Source: an uncultured Candidatus Peribacteria bacterium
GTDB lineage: Bacteria; Patescibacteriota; Gracilibacteria; UBA4473
Reading direction: 5' to 3'
DNA: 64,000 nucleotides
Assembly (NCBI GenBank): GCA_964509975.1
Contig: CAZDZO010000001.1
Span: 4,006-68,005 of the forward strand
Shown here: in pieces, positions 1 through 7,628 of the stretch
Layout of the letters: each line of letters begins with the position of its first letter
Position numbering within the stretch: the stretch's first letter is position 1
Program-made: the position numbers and the translations under genes
The notes under the pieces: generated by a model
The model's input: the letters and a program-made list of their open reading frames with translations, nothing else
Told to the model about the DNA's origin: nothing
Database searches by the model: none

Positions 1-326
1 TGACCTGGGTTGAAATTGCAAAAGTAGCCACCAAGTTACACCAACTCAAACAACAATTTTTATTGTCCGTGTTAACCGACCCCCAAGGTATGGTCGCGCA
101 TCTCAAAAAAACTCTGCCAGACATAATTCCGGCAATTGATCAAACTTGGGAACAGGTTCAAGACCGCATCGCCAATGCTGATGACCGAGAAAAAGGGGCG
201 ATTACTGCTTCTGTGATATTAAGTTTAATTCCTTTGGGAAAGATTGACAAAGCCAGCAAGCTTACTGTTTGGGTCGGCGACATCGCCGGAGCACTTAATA
301 AATTTGTCCCGCAATCCGTTCGTTAA
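1..326 (+). CDS. hypothetical protein, C-terminal fragment entering from the window edge
   Basis: The frame of ORF 63..326 has no stop back to nt 3, so the gene probably begins upstream of the window. No motif recognised. Confidence 0.35.
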   Translation, partial: TWVEIAKVATKLHQLKQQFLLSVLTDPQGMVAHLKKTLPDIIPAIDQTWEQVQDRIANADDREKGAITASVILSLIPLGKIDKASKLTVWVGDIAGALNKFVPQSVR

Positions 327-1423
327 ATCTCAATTTTCTGCACAGGATGGGAGAAGTTTTCGAAATGAGACTCGTGTGTAGTCGTAAAAAATATCTGAGA
401 TTCGTTGCAGAGATTTTCCAAATAATTCTGACGCGATTGGTCAAGTTCTGAAAACACATCATCTAGAAGGAGAATCGGGCTCGGTCCGCCAAGCGCTTTG
501 AGAATGTGCTTTTGTGCGGCCAGCATCGCCAACATCACCGACCGTTCTTCCCCTCGTGAAGCGGTGGAAAGAATGGGTTTGTCACGATAATAAAATACAA
601 AGTCATCACGATGAGGTCCGAAAAGACATTTTCCTGCTGCCTGTTCTCGGGCTGAATTTTTGGTAAAGAAATCGAGTACAAACTCTTTTGTCATTTCTGA
701 AGAAGTAAAAACTTCCGCTATTTCAAGTCTCACCTCGATCGTGTCAGTTGTTCGTGAGAGGCCTTGCAGTTCCTTTTGGAGTAAGGGGTTTAGTTCTGCA
801 AGAAACTCTTGTCTCACCTGCACCAAAAGCGGAATAGTCTCTGCTAGGATTTTGTTCCACGGGGCAAGTAAACTGGGATCCGGATCCCACCCCGGATTCG
901 GATCCGAAGTCGGATCCGGATCCCGAAAGGATTTCAAAAGAGCATTTTTTTGCTTCAAGGCACGATTGAACTTCATGAGATTCTCGCGGTAGTGAGGAGA
1001 GATTTGAAACAAAAATCGATCAAAGAATCGTTGTCGATTTCTTTTGGTTCCCGAGAACAACATCAAGTGCTCAGGGACAAAAAGAAGTGTCGGGATTTTT
1101 CCAAAGTGCTGACGAAGGGAAACTTTCTTAGCGTTTTTTTCAAATACGCGAGAACGGGGCGCTATTTTTGCTTCATATAAGTTTCCATTATCGAGTGTTG
1201 CTTGAATGACTCCTGTTCCAGCCTTGGAATTTTCTCGAATCAAATCTTCGCTACTGGTTTCTCTCCAACTTTTGCCCACACTTAGAATTGAGAGAGCTTC
1301 TAGGATATTCGTTTTTCCTTGTCCGTTCCCCCCATAAAAAACCACATTTTTTTCGGTAAATTCAAAATGTTTTTCTTCGTAATTCCGGAAATCAAAAAGG
1401 GAAAGTTTCTCTATCATTGTCAT
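323..1423 (-). CDS. recF: DNA replication/repair protein RecF, carrying a 16-aa repeat-derived insert
   Basis: N-terminal Walker A 'VVFYGGNGQGKTNILEALS' and C-terminal 'ILLLDDVFSELD', typical of RecF. ATG at 1423. Confidence 0.9.
   Translation of the reverse strand: MTMIEKLSLFDFRNYEEKHFEFTEKNVVFYGGNGQGKTNILEALSILSVGKSWRETSSEDLIRENSKAGTGVIQATLDNGNLYEAKIAPRSRVFEKNAKKVSLRQHFGKIPTLLFVPEHLMLFSGTKRNRQRFFDRFLFQISPHYRENLMKFNRALKQKNALLKSFRDPDPTSDPNPGWDPDPSLLAPWNKILAETIPLLVQVRQEFLAELNPLLQKELQGLSRTTDTIEVRLEIAEVFTSSEMTKEFVLDFFTKNSAREQAAGKCLFGPHRDDFVFYYRDKPILSTASRGEERSVMLAMLAAQKHILKALGGPSPILLLDDVFSELDQSRQNYLENLCNESQIFFTTTHESHFENFSHPVQKIEI
876..923. repeat. GGATCC-family palindromic element, 48-nt long form, in frame inside recF
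   Basis: GGATCCGGATCC-CACCCCGGATTC-GGATCC-GAAGTC-GGATCCGGATCC. 45/48 nt identical to the intergenic copy at 2095-2142. Confidence 0.9.
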
Positions 1424-1442
1424 GCGTAGCGTATCATATTCT

Positions 1443-1469
1443 GAGTTCGAACTCTAAGAGTTCGAACTC
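1443..1469 (+). repeat. REP-like doublet GAGTTCGAACTC-TAA-GAGTTCGAACTC
   Basis: Two perfect 12-nt palindromes separated by TAA, about 10 nt past the RAYT stop. The same doublet occurs at 2023, 7095 and 7592. Confidence 0.85.
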
Positions 1470-1479
1470 GGTATCAGTA

Positions 1480-2013
1480 TTATTCGAAATAGGGATTAAA
1501 TTCCAATTCATTGGGATACGTATCCGGACCATAGATCGCTGGCACATAGGAAGAATATTCCCATTCCTCTGGCTTGCGCACAATGTCATGTTTCACTGCA
1601 TTCCATTCGATGTATTGTTTGAGTTGAAGAATATAGTCTGAATCATCAGCAAGCTTGGCTTTAAATTTTCCTTCAAAGACGAGCCCTTTCCCCTCTTTAT
1701 ACCGGCTACTAAAATACGCTGCATAGGCTTGCTGAAGTTTCCTCATAAATACCGATATTTGTTCTGCTGTTTTGGGATCCGGATCCGGGGTCGGATCCGG
1801 ATCCCGTTCCAGAAGCAAAAAATGAAAATGATTTGGCAATAAACACCAAGCATATATTTCGATGTGTGGACAATTCTTTTTGAAACGGGCGATATTGTCA
1901 TAAAAACGCTCGTAATCTCCATGACGAAAAAAGAGTTTCTGCTTATCACATCCCCTATTGTATATGTGATAGAGATTGTTTTTTTCGAAAACGAGAGTTC
2001 TGTTTGCTGACAT
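1480..2013 (-). CDS. REP-associated tyrosine transposase (RAYT; IS200-like Y1 HUH family, COG1943-like)
   Basis: HUH motif in 'YAWCLLPNHFHFLLLE' and Tyr helix 'QYIEWNAVKHDIVRKPEEWEYSSY'. Single gene flanked by REP doublets. Contains a 10-aa DPDPTPDPDP repeat insert. Confidence 0.8.
   Translation of the reverse strand: MSANRTLVFEKNNLYHIYNRGCDKQKLFFRHGDYERFYDNIARFKKNCPHIEIYAWCLLPNHFHFLLLERDPDPTPDPDPKTAEQISVFMRKLQQAYAAYFSSRYKEGKGLVFEGKFKAKLADDSDYILQLKQYIEWNAVKHDIVRKPEEWEYSSYVPAIYGPDTYPNELEFNPYFE
1514..1525. repeat. 12-nt perfect palindrome GGATACGTATCC (TACGTA-core variant)
   Basis: Identical 12-mer at 7158-7169 and 29225-29236. Here it encodes DTYP near the RAYT C-terminus. Confidence 0.7.
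1775..1804. repeat. GGATCC-family element, 30-nt short form, in frame inside the RAYT gene
   Basis: GGATCCGGATCC-GGGGTC-GGATCCGGATCC. Confidence 0.9.
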
Positions 2014-2022
2014 ATTTACCTA

Positions 2023-2044
2023 CGAACTCTAAGAGTTCAAACTC
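2023..2044 (+). repeat. REP-like doublet, 5'-truncated (CGAACTC-TAA-GAGTTCAAACTC)
   Basis: Lies about 10 nt upstream of the RAYT start and matches the right three quarters of the doublet. Confidence 0.75.
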
Positions 2045-2094
2045 GAGGAAACAACTCTGAGATTTAATAAAAACTTAACAAACCTTTGGAAGGC

Positions 2095-2142
2095 GGATCC
2101 GGATCCCAGCCCGGATTCGGATCCGGGGTCGGATCCGGATCC
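2095..2142. repeat. GGATCC-family element, 48-nt long form, intergenic
   Basis: GGATCCGGATCC-CAGCCCGGATTC-GGATCC-GGGGTC-GGATCCGGATCC. Confidence 0.9.
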
Positions 2143-2160
2143 GAATCTGAACCAAACATC

Positions 2161-2211
2161 AAAAAAACCCCACTCGAGTATATATCCTCGAGCAGGGTTT
2201 CTTCTTTTTTT
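2161..2211. terminator. bidirectional hairpin terminator candidate downstream of the S-layer gene
   Basis: AAACCC..CTCGAG-tatatatc-CTCGAG..GGGTTT stem, flanked by an A-run on one side and a T-run on the other. Confidence 0.45.
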
Positions 2212-2264
2212 CATTCAGCGGAGACATAGTGCTCCTCTCTGACGAAGTAAAGTTTTCTCACCTT

Positions 2265-2294
2265 GGATCCGGATCCCCAAGGGGATCCGGATCC
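2265..2294. repeat. GGATCC-family element, 30-nt short form, intergenic
   Basis: GGATCCGGATCC-CCAAGG-GGATCCGGATCC. Confidence 0.9.
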
Positions 2295-2362
2295 GGCGGA
2301 TGAGAATTGAGTTCATTACTGAACCATGGTCGTTATCTTCTTAAAGAATTAGGCGAACCTAA

Positions 2363-5300
2363 TTATTTTTGAAGACGTTTACCATTTGTATCTACGTCAA
2401 GCAAGTAACCGTTCAACCAGTCAGCTGTAGTGTCTGAGTGAGAAGGATCTGATTCATCAGACCAAGCAACGGTGTCTGTTGATTTTGTAGATTTGATACC
2501 TGGTGCTTCGTAAGCAGTATCTCGTTCGAGAGTCACTGTTACACCATCTGAGTTCTCAGCACTTCCACCAAGTTCGTCTGTTAGACTTGTGAACACGGCG
2601 TAAGTTCGTGATTCACCAGCAGCGAGTCGTTCACCTGTAAGGGTTACTTTAACTACTGCTGAAGTATCGTCATCAGCGATTGCTGAACTTGCAGCTGTCG
2701 TGAATGATTGTTCAACATCAGGTGATCCGTCTACAACTCGTTGAGTTGTAAGAGCAGCAACACCAGAGAATCCCAATCCGTTCAATGACACTGTCATAGT
2801 TACGTGTCCGATTTCAGCGTTATCTGCTGAATCAGCAGTAATAGTGAATCGGTAGAACTCTGTAGAATCTGCAGAAGGCAAATTCATTGAAGGCTGTGTA
2901 GCGGCAGGTGAGATAGACAAAGCAGTGTTGTAAGCAACATATACTTGTCCTACTGCGTCTCCCCATCCAGCTGTTGGTTTGGTGATATCATCACCTGTAG
3001 CAGCTGTAACCGCTTCTACACCAGCGTGAGTAGCATTGTCAGCATCCAAAGCCAGTTGCAATTTAGCACCTGTTTGGTTTGCTTTTGAGATGTTTCGAAT
3101 GTCAGCTTTAACTATTACAAACGTTGAATCATCTTTTGGTACTCGAATTCGATCAGCGTTAGCCATTTCGAAATGCAATGATCCGCCAGCCATTGTTTCT
3201 TCTTGAATCAATTGACCGGCTTCGTTGTACAATTTGAAGTCCATTCGGTCTCCAGCGTATGGAGATGCCGTAAGATCATTCTCAATGTACAAGTCTTTAA
3301 TTTGTACTTCGTCATCAGCAGCGTTGAATCGAACTTTCAATACTTCAACATTTGATTGACCAGCAATCAAAATATCTGAAGCCACTGTAGAGTCCAATGA
3401 CACTGTCAATGTACCAGATGAAACAATTTCAAATGCTGTACCATCTACTTCATTTGAAGTAGAAATTGCAAGTACTCCGTTATCAGTAACGGTAACAACT
3501 TGTCCGTTTTCTACATTGTCTGCATCCACATCTTCCAAATCAAGTTCGAGTTGGTGTTTGAGGGTAGCAGTATGTGCTGTTTCAGTAGCAACACCAGCTG
3601 TGGTGTTAACATCTGTAATCGCACCTGTAGATACGGCAACAGCTGAGTTAACATTTCCAATGATAAACGGTGTAGCGGCTTCTGTGAAGATAACTTCATC
3701 CGTTGCACCAGAAATTGTGTATCCCGTAAGTGTTGCAGCAGCTGCTCGGATAAGTGCTGCATCTGCAGCAACTGTTCCTCCTACTTGCACGGAAGCAACT
3801 CCACCATCACAAGTAGCATCTGAAGTGGCACCTGTTGTAAATGTAATAACACAAAGAGTGTTTGGTACATCATCTGTAAGGGTCACTGTAGTTGTATTTG
3901 CCATGATTGTATCAACAGTCATAGTTGTAACACCAGCTGTACCAGCAACGGCAGCACCGTGAACGGCAACCGTTCCAGTAGTTGTAATAACTCCTGTTGT
4001 AGTATTGATGGCGGTAACAGCCAAAGCTCGGTCTGTTGTTGTCAATGTGCCAACAGCTGTTGTTGGATCTACATTTTCAACTACATCCAAGACATCACCA
4101 ACTGTAAGCAATGCTGCATTAGCCGTAGAAACGGTAACGCTTGTATCTGCTACAGCTGCTGTAGTACTTCCTGTAACGATAGAAGCTGATGCTTCAATCG
4201 TATCTACAACCACAACGAATTCTTTTTGTGAAGCTGATGGAATCACAACAGACAAGTCGTTGAATGTTGCTTTACCAGTGGTTTCATCAAGGTTCTTTGC
4301 AGATCCTTGTTGTGTACCATCTACGAATACAGCCAATGTGAAGTTTTCGTATGATCGAGCTGATCCTGAAACACCGTATGTTGAGTGAACTGTGTTAACA
4401 TCAGTGTTTGCTCCTACTGTCATAGAAGTAACATTTACGTCTCCTGAGTCGTTGTTATCCATAGTCAATTCCATGAATGTAACATCATCAACTCCTGCAA
4501 CGAGTTTGTCACCATCTGATAAACCTGAAGTTTCTGTAACAGTTACAATTGAGTCTTGTACAGTCACGAATGATCCTGTAGCAGATCCCAAAAGTCCTGA
4601 ATCAGCCACTTGGTCTCCAGTAGAAATGTATTCTGGTGATTGGAAGTCAGCAGATGCGATTTCCAATTTCAATTTGTCGCCATCAGCCGCAGCGTCTGCG
4701 ACATTAGCCACTACTTTCAAAATTGACGTTCCCGCAATTTCGAATGTTGTGTTGAAGTTCAATGTGTAGTTTGTCACTACAGCTGTTGTTCCTGATTTGT
4801 AAGCGAAGTCGTTCTCTGTGTCGACCAATTGATCGTTTAAGAACATTCGGAAGTTATCAAACACTGCGTTCATTTGAGCGAGTGTTGTAGCTGATCCGTT
4901 TCCTCCTGTTTCAGATCCTGAAGCAACATCGATGTAAACACCATCCACCAAGAGTGGTTGGTCTACAACCAATCGAGCTGTCAACATAACAACATCATTT
5001 GATCCAGCAGAGTATTCTTGATTTCCAAGTGATGAAGGATCACGTGAAACGTTCAAGTCTCCTGAGTCAATAGTGTATGTAGATAATGTAGCGTAACTAT
5101 CTTCAGCGTTGTTTCCTGATGAATCAATAGCTTTCACTCCGAATGAAGTTCCGATCTCAACTCCTACGATGTCTTCGTAGTTGTCTATCTTAAAGATAAT
5201 AGTATCAGAAGCTTCAGCAGAAACGATGTCTGCACGAAGAGAGAAGATCTTAGAGTCTCCGTCCTCAAGAACGTATCCTCCAGTCACTCCGTTGTCCAAT

Positions 5301-6685
5301 CGGAAAGTCAAGTAGTCACCATCCATGATTGATTCTGCAGATACTTGTTCACCTGAAACGTACAAAGCGACGTTTTCAAGATTATCTTCAAGTTCAGCTG
5401 TACCATCATTTTTGAAAGTAACCGCTCGTAGTTCAACATCTTTGTTCGTGTTAGACCCATTAAGCAATCGGAATTTACCGATCTCAATGAAGTTGTCTCC
5501 CACATCGATAGTTGTGTTTGATCCCAAGCTTGAGAAAGTCAAAGTTGAAACTTCATAGTCAGCAACTTCCATTTCTTCCCCTTCAATTGGAAAGTCTCCT
5601 ACAACGTTAACAGCGCTAGAAGCGACGTCATCCGCACTAACCAAAGCCATTCGACTGTGGTGTCCTACGTTTTTGTCGTCATCTCCTCCTGAGTTACAAC
5701 TACCAACACAAGTGTATTTAGCAGAAGCCACTACATCAGCGATGAGTGTTTGTCCTGCAGGCACTACTACTGGTGGGTTGAATCGAAGCTCAACAATGTC
5801 GTCGTTGTTAATAGATTTGTCGTTTCCAACTTTGAATCCATCAATTTCGAGCCATACATTATCGAAGTCGTCGTTATCTCCCAATCCCAAACGAGTGTAT
5901 GTCATAGAAGAAACTTCTACGTCAGAGTCGTCTGAAGCTGTGAGTTCAACTGTCAAGTAAGGTACTGAAGTTGAGTTGTAAGGAACGTTTGTTCCTCGTG
6001 GAGTCAAATCTGAAAGGGTAACTTCAAGAGTTCCTTCAGATGGTCCAATAATAGGTGCTACAACAAGTTGTGAGTTGTATGTAATGTGTGCAGTTTCAGC
6101 ACGAGTCACAGCGTTAGCTGGACCGAATGTACCGTCACCGTATCCACGCATCAACCCGTTGTTGTATGCTGTTTCAACGTATCCGTAAAACCAGTCGCTA
6201 TCAGAAACATCATCAAAGTGAGGTGCTCCTGAAAGGTCTTGATCAATCTCGAATGCGTTTACAACCATTTTCGCAATTTCAACTCGGTTGATACCAACTC
6301 CTGGTCGGAAAAGTCCGTCCGGGTATCCGTTGATCCATCCGTAGTTGTACATTGTTTCAACATAGTCGTAATACCAAGCGTCTGTTGATACGTCTGGGAA
6401 GTGAGGACCTCCTGTTGTATCAAAGTCTACGCCTGAAGCGAGAACGATGATTTTTGAAACTTCTGCCCGATTCAATTGTCGGTTTGGTGCAAAAGATCCA
6501 TCATCATTTCCGCTCAAAACCCCTTGGTCCATAAGCTCTTCTACAGCTTCTTCGGCCCAAGATGGGATTTCTGCTGCATCAGTGAATGGCAACATCGCAC
6601 TTGCTACTGGAGCAAAGATTGTGAATGCCATAGCTACGAAAGCTACTGATGCAACGCTTTTTTTAAGTTGACTAAATAAGTCCAT
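2363..6685 (-). CDS. S-layer-type surface protein with signal peptide and three N-terminal SLH domains
   Basis: ATG at 6685 gives the signal peptide 'MDLFSQLKKSVASVAFVAMAFTIFAPVASA'. Three SLH repeats follow ('FTDAAEIPSWAEEAVEEL..', 'FPDVSTDAWYYDYVETMY..', 'FDDVSDSDWFYGYVETAY..'), then about 1200 aa rich in T/V/A/D and likely beta-rich. The ORF track starts further upstream at a TTG. Confidence 0.8.
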   Translation of the reverse strand: MDLFSQLKKSVASVAFVAMAFTIFAPVASAMLPFTDAAEIPSWAEEAVEELMDQGVLSGNDDGSFAPNRQLNRAEVSKIIVLASGVDFDTTGGPHFPDVSTDAWYYDYVETMYNYGWINGYPDGLFRPGVGINRVEIAKMVVNAFEIDQDLSGAPHFDDVSDSDWFYGYVETAYNNGLMRGYGDGTFGPANAVTRAETAHITYNSQLVVAPIIGPSEGTLEVTLSDLTPRGTNVPYNSTSVPYLTVELTASDDSDVEVSSMTYTRLGLGDNDDFDNVWLEIDGFKVGNDKSINNDDIVELRFNPPVVVPAGQTLIADVVASAKYTCVGSCNSGGDDDKNVGHHSRMALVSADDVASSAVNVVGDFPIEGEEMEVADYEVSTLTFSSLGSNTTIDVGDNFIEIGKFRLLNGSNTNKDVELRAVTFKNDGTAELEDNLENVALYVSGEQVSAESIMDGDYLTFRLDNGVTGGYVLEDGDSKIFSLRADIVSAEASDTIIFKIDNYEDIVGVEIGTSFGVKAIDSSGNNAEDSYATLSTYTIDSGDLNVSRDPSSLGNQEYSAGSNDVVMLTARLVVDQPLLVDGVYIDVASGSETGGNGSATTLAQMNAVFDNFRMFLNDQLVDTENDFAYKSGTTAVVTNYTLNFNTTFEIAGTSILKVVANVADAAADGDKLKLEIASADFQSPEYISTGDQVADSGLLGSATGSFVTVQDSIVTVTETSGLSDGDKLVAGVDDVTFMELTMDNNDSGDVNVTSMTVGANTDVNTVHSTYGVSGSARSYENFTLAVFVDGTQQGSAKNLDETTGKATFNDLSVVIPSASQKEFVVVVDTIEASASIVTGSTTAAVADTSVTVSTANAALLTVGDVLDVVENVDPTTAVGTLTTTDRALAVTAINTTTGVITTTGTVAVHGAAVAGTAGVTTMTVDTIMANTTTVTLTDDVPNTLCVITFTTGATSDATCDGGVASVQVGGTVAADAALIRAAAATLTGYTISGATDEVIFTEAATPFIIGNVNSAVAVSTGAITDVNTTAGVATETAHTATLKHQLELDLEDVDADNVENGQVVTVTDNGVLAISTSNEVDGTAFEIVSSGTLTVSLDSTVASDILIAGQSNVEVLKVRFNAADDEVQIKDLYIENDLTASPYAGDRMDFKLYNEAGQLIQEETMAGGSLHFEMANADRIRVPKDDSTFVIVKADIRNISKANQTGAKLQLALDADNATHAGVEAVTAATGDDITKPTAGWGDAVGQVYVAYNTALSISPAATQPSMNLPSADSTEFYRFTITADSADNAEIGHVTMTVSLNGLGFSGVAALTTQRVVDGSPDVEQSFTTAASSAIADDDTSAVVKVTLTGERLAAGESRTYAVFTSLTDELGGSAENSDGVTVTLERDTAYEAPGIKSTKSTDTVAWSDESDPSHSDTTADWLNGYLLDVDTNGKRLQK

Positions 6686-7094
6686 TTTAAGCGTTTTTAA
6701 TAAATAGTAATAATCGCCCGCCATAAGCAGGCGAGTGAATTTGTTTTCATTTCTCTCTAGAAAAGAGGTCTTCAAGCGAGTTCTAAATGAGTATCCCAGA
6801 ACTCTCGACTGTCTCTTCCGGCCACGAGTTTCAAAGACCGAGATCTTTTAGCGCGCGATAGAATGGTTATTGAAAGCCCCCTTTCGAACCATTTTACAGG
6901 CGAGACGGGAACCCCGGCTGGGGGCAAGCCGTCTAAATCTTTGGAACCCTACACGGAGAGCGGAAAAAGTCAAGTTTTTCTAACACTCCGCCGCTAGAAA
7001 ATTCCAGTTATTCAAACGGACGATTCGTTACTTTGTTACGCTGTTTTAGACTTTTCTTGTTGACAGGGTCTCTAATTTGTTTTCTGGGACTCTT

Positions 7095-7122
7095 CAGTTC
7101 GAACTCTTTAGAGTTCAAACTG
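7095..7122 (+). repeat. REP-like doublet CAGTTCGAACTC-TTTA-GAGTTCAAACTG
   Basis: Degenerate copy of the doublet. It overlaps the last four codons and the stop of CDS 7108..7578. Confidence 0.75.
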
Positions 7123-7578
7123 TTTGCAAAATTTCTCAATTTCTGTTTTTGAGTTTGGGATACGTATCCACCTCGAATCCGAAATTTCCGACGCTTCCTC
7201 TTCCCCAAAGTTCTCAATAATATCTACGCTCACCTGCACAGACTGTTGCAAGTACTCCAAAGACTGCTTTGTTTCCTTGAGCGCATTCGCCGTTTTCATT
7301 ACCGATCCCTCGATTTTATTAAATCGCCGACTGCCTTCTCCTGCTGTTTGGGATAAATCTGTTTTTAATTTCTGAAGTTTTTTTTCCAAATACACTTGCC
7401 GTTGTTCGAGCTCTCCCACTTTAGTCTTCTCTAAAAATTCCCCCAAAAGTCCCACCTCCTCACGCTCTGGTTCCAAAAATGCTTGCGCTTTCTGCCAAGA
7501 AGACGAAATGTCAATATATTGAGAAAGCACTATTCCAATCGTGATAAAAAAGACAAGCACAAAAAGTCGTTTGATCAT
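7108..7578 (-). CDS. membrane-anchored coiled-coil protein, paralogue A
   Basis: 'MIKRLFVLVFFITIGIVLS' TM anchor followed by a coiled-coil-like body. Paralogous to 7629..7985. The C-terminal ~30 aa are encoded by repeat sequence. Confidence 0.6.
   Translation of the reverse strand: MIKRLFVLVFFITIGIVLSQYIDISSSWQKAQAFLEPEREEVGLLGEFLEKTKVGELEQRQVYLEKKLQKLKTDLSQTAGEGSRRFNKIEGSVMKTANALKETKQSLEYLQQSVQVSVDIIENFGEEEASEISDSRWIRIPNSKTEIEKFCKQFEL
7158..7169. repeat. GGATACGTATCC palindrome inside the 3' end of CDS 7108..7578
   Basis: Exact 12-mer, read as WIRIP. The downstream ~14 nt weakly resemble the long-form GGATCC element. Confidence 0.6.
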
Positions 7579-7591
7579 TCTTATTTTTTAA

Positions 7592-7618
7592 GAGTTCGAA
7601 CTCTAAGAGTTCAAACTC
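7592..7618 (+). repeat. REP-like doublet GAGTTCGAACTC-TAA-GAGTTCAAACTC
   Basis: Sits between the two tandem paralogues. Confidence 0.85.
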
Positions 7619-7628
7619 GAAATGCAAA

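Noticed and set aside
2029-2214. ORF 2029..2214(-) and ORF 8328..8546(+), with peptides such as 'GSGSDPGSESGLGSGS' and 'GIRIRGRIRIP'.
   Set aside because: They exist only because the GGATCC elements are stop-free in every frame. They are translations of intergenic repeats.
3511-5960. Numerous 60-150-aa ORFs on both strands inside the S-layer gene, and likewise inside ileS, the 2477-aa ORF, valS, glyA and the helicase gene.
   Set aside because: They are shadow ORFs produced by the compositional bias of the long genuine genes, and have no motifs and no independent start context.
6776-7000. SRP (4.5S) RNA or a riboswitch upstream of the S-layer gene. The minus-strand 'GGCCGGAAGAGACAG' vaguely recalls the SRP domain IV 'CCGGAAGGAAGCAG'.
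   Set aside because: The symmetric and asymmetric loop motifs and the closing helix of SRP RNA are not present. It is more simply explained as a long structured mRNA leader.
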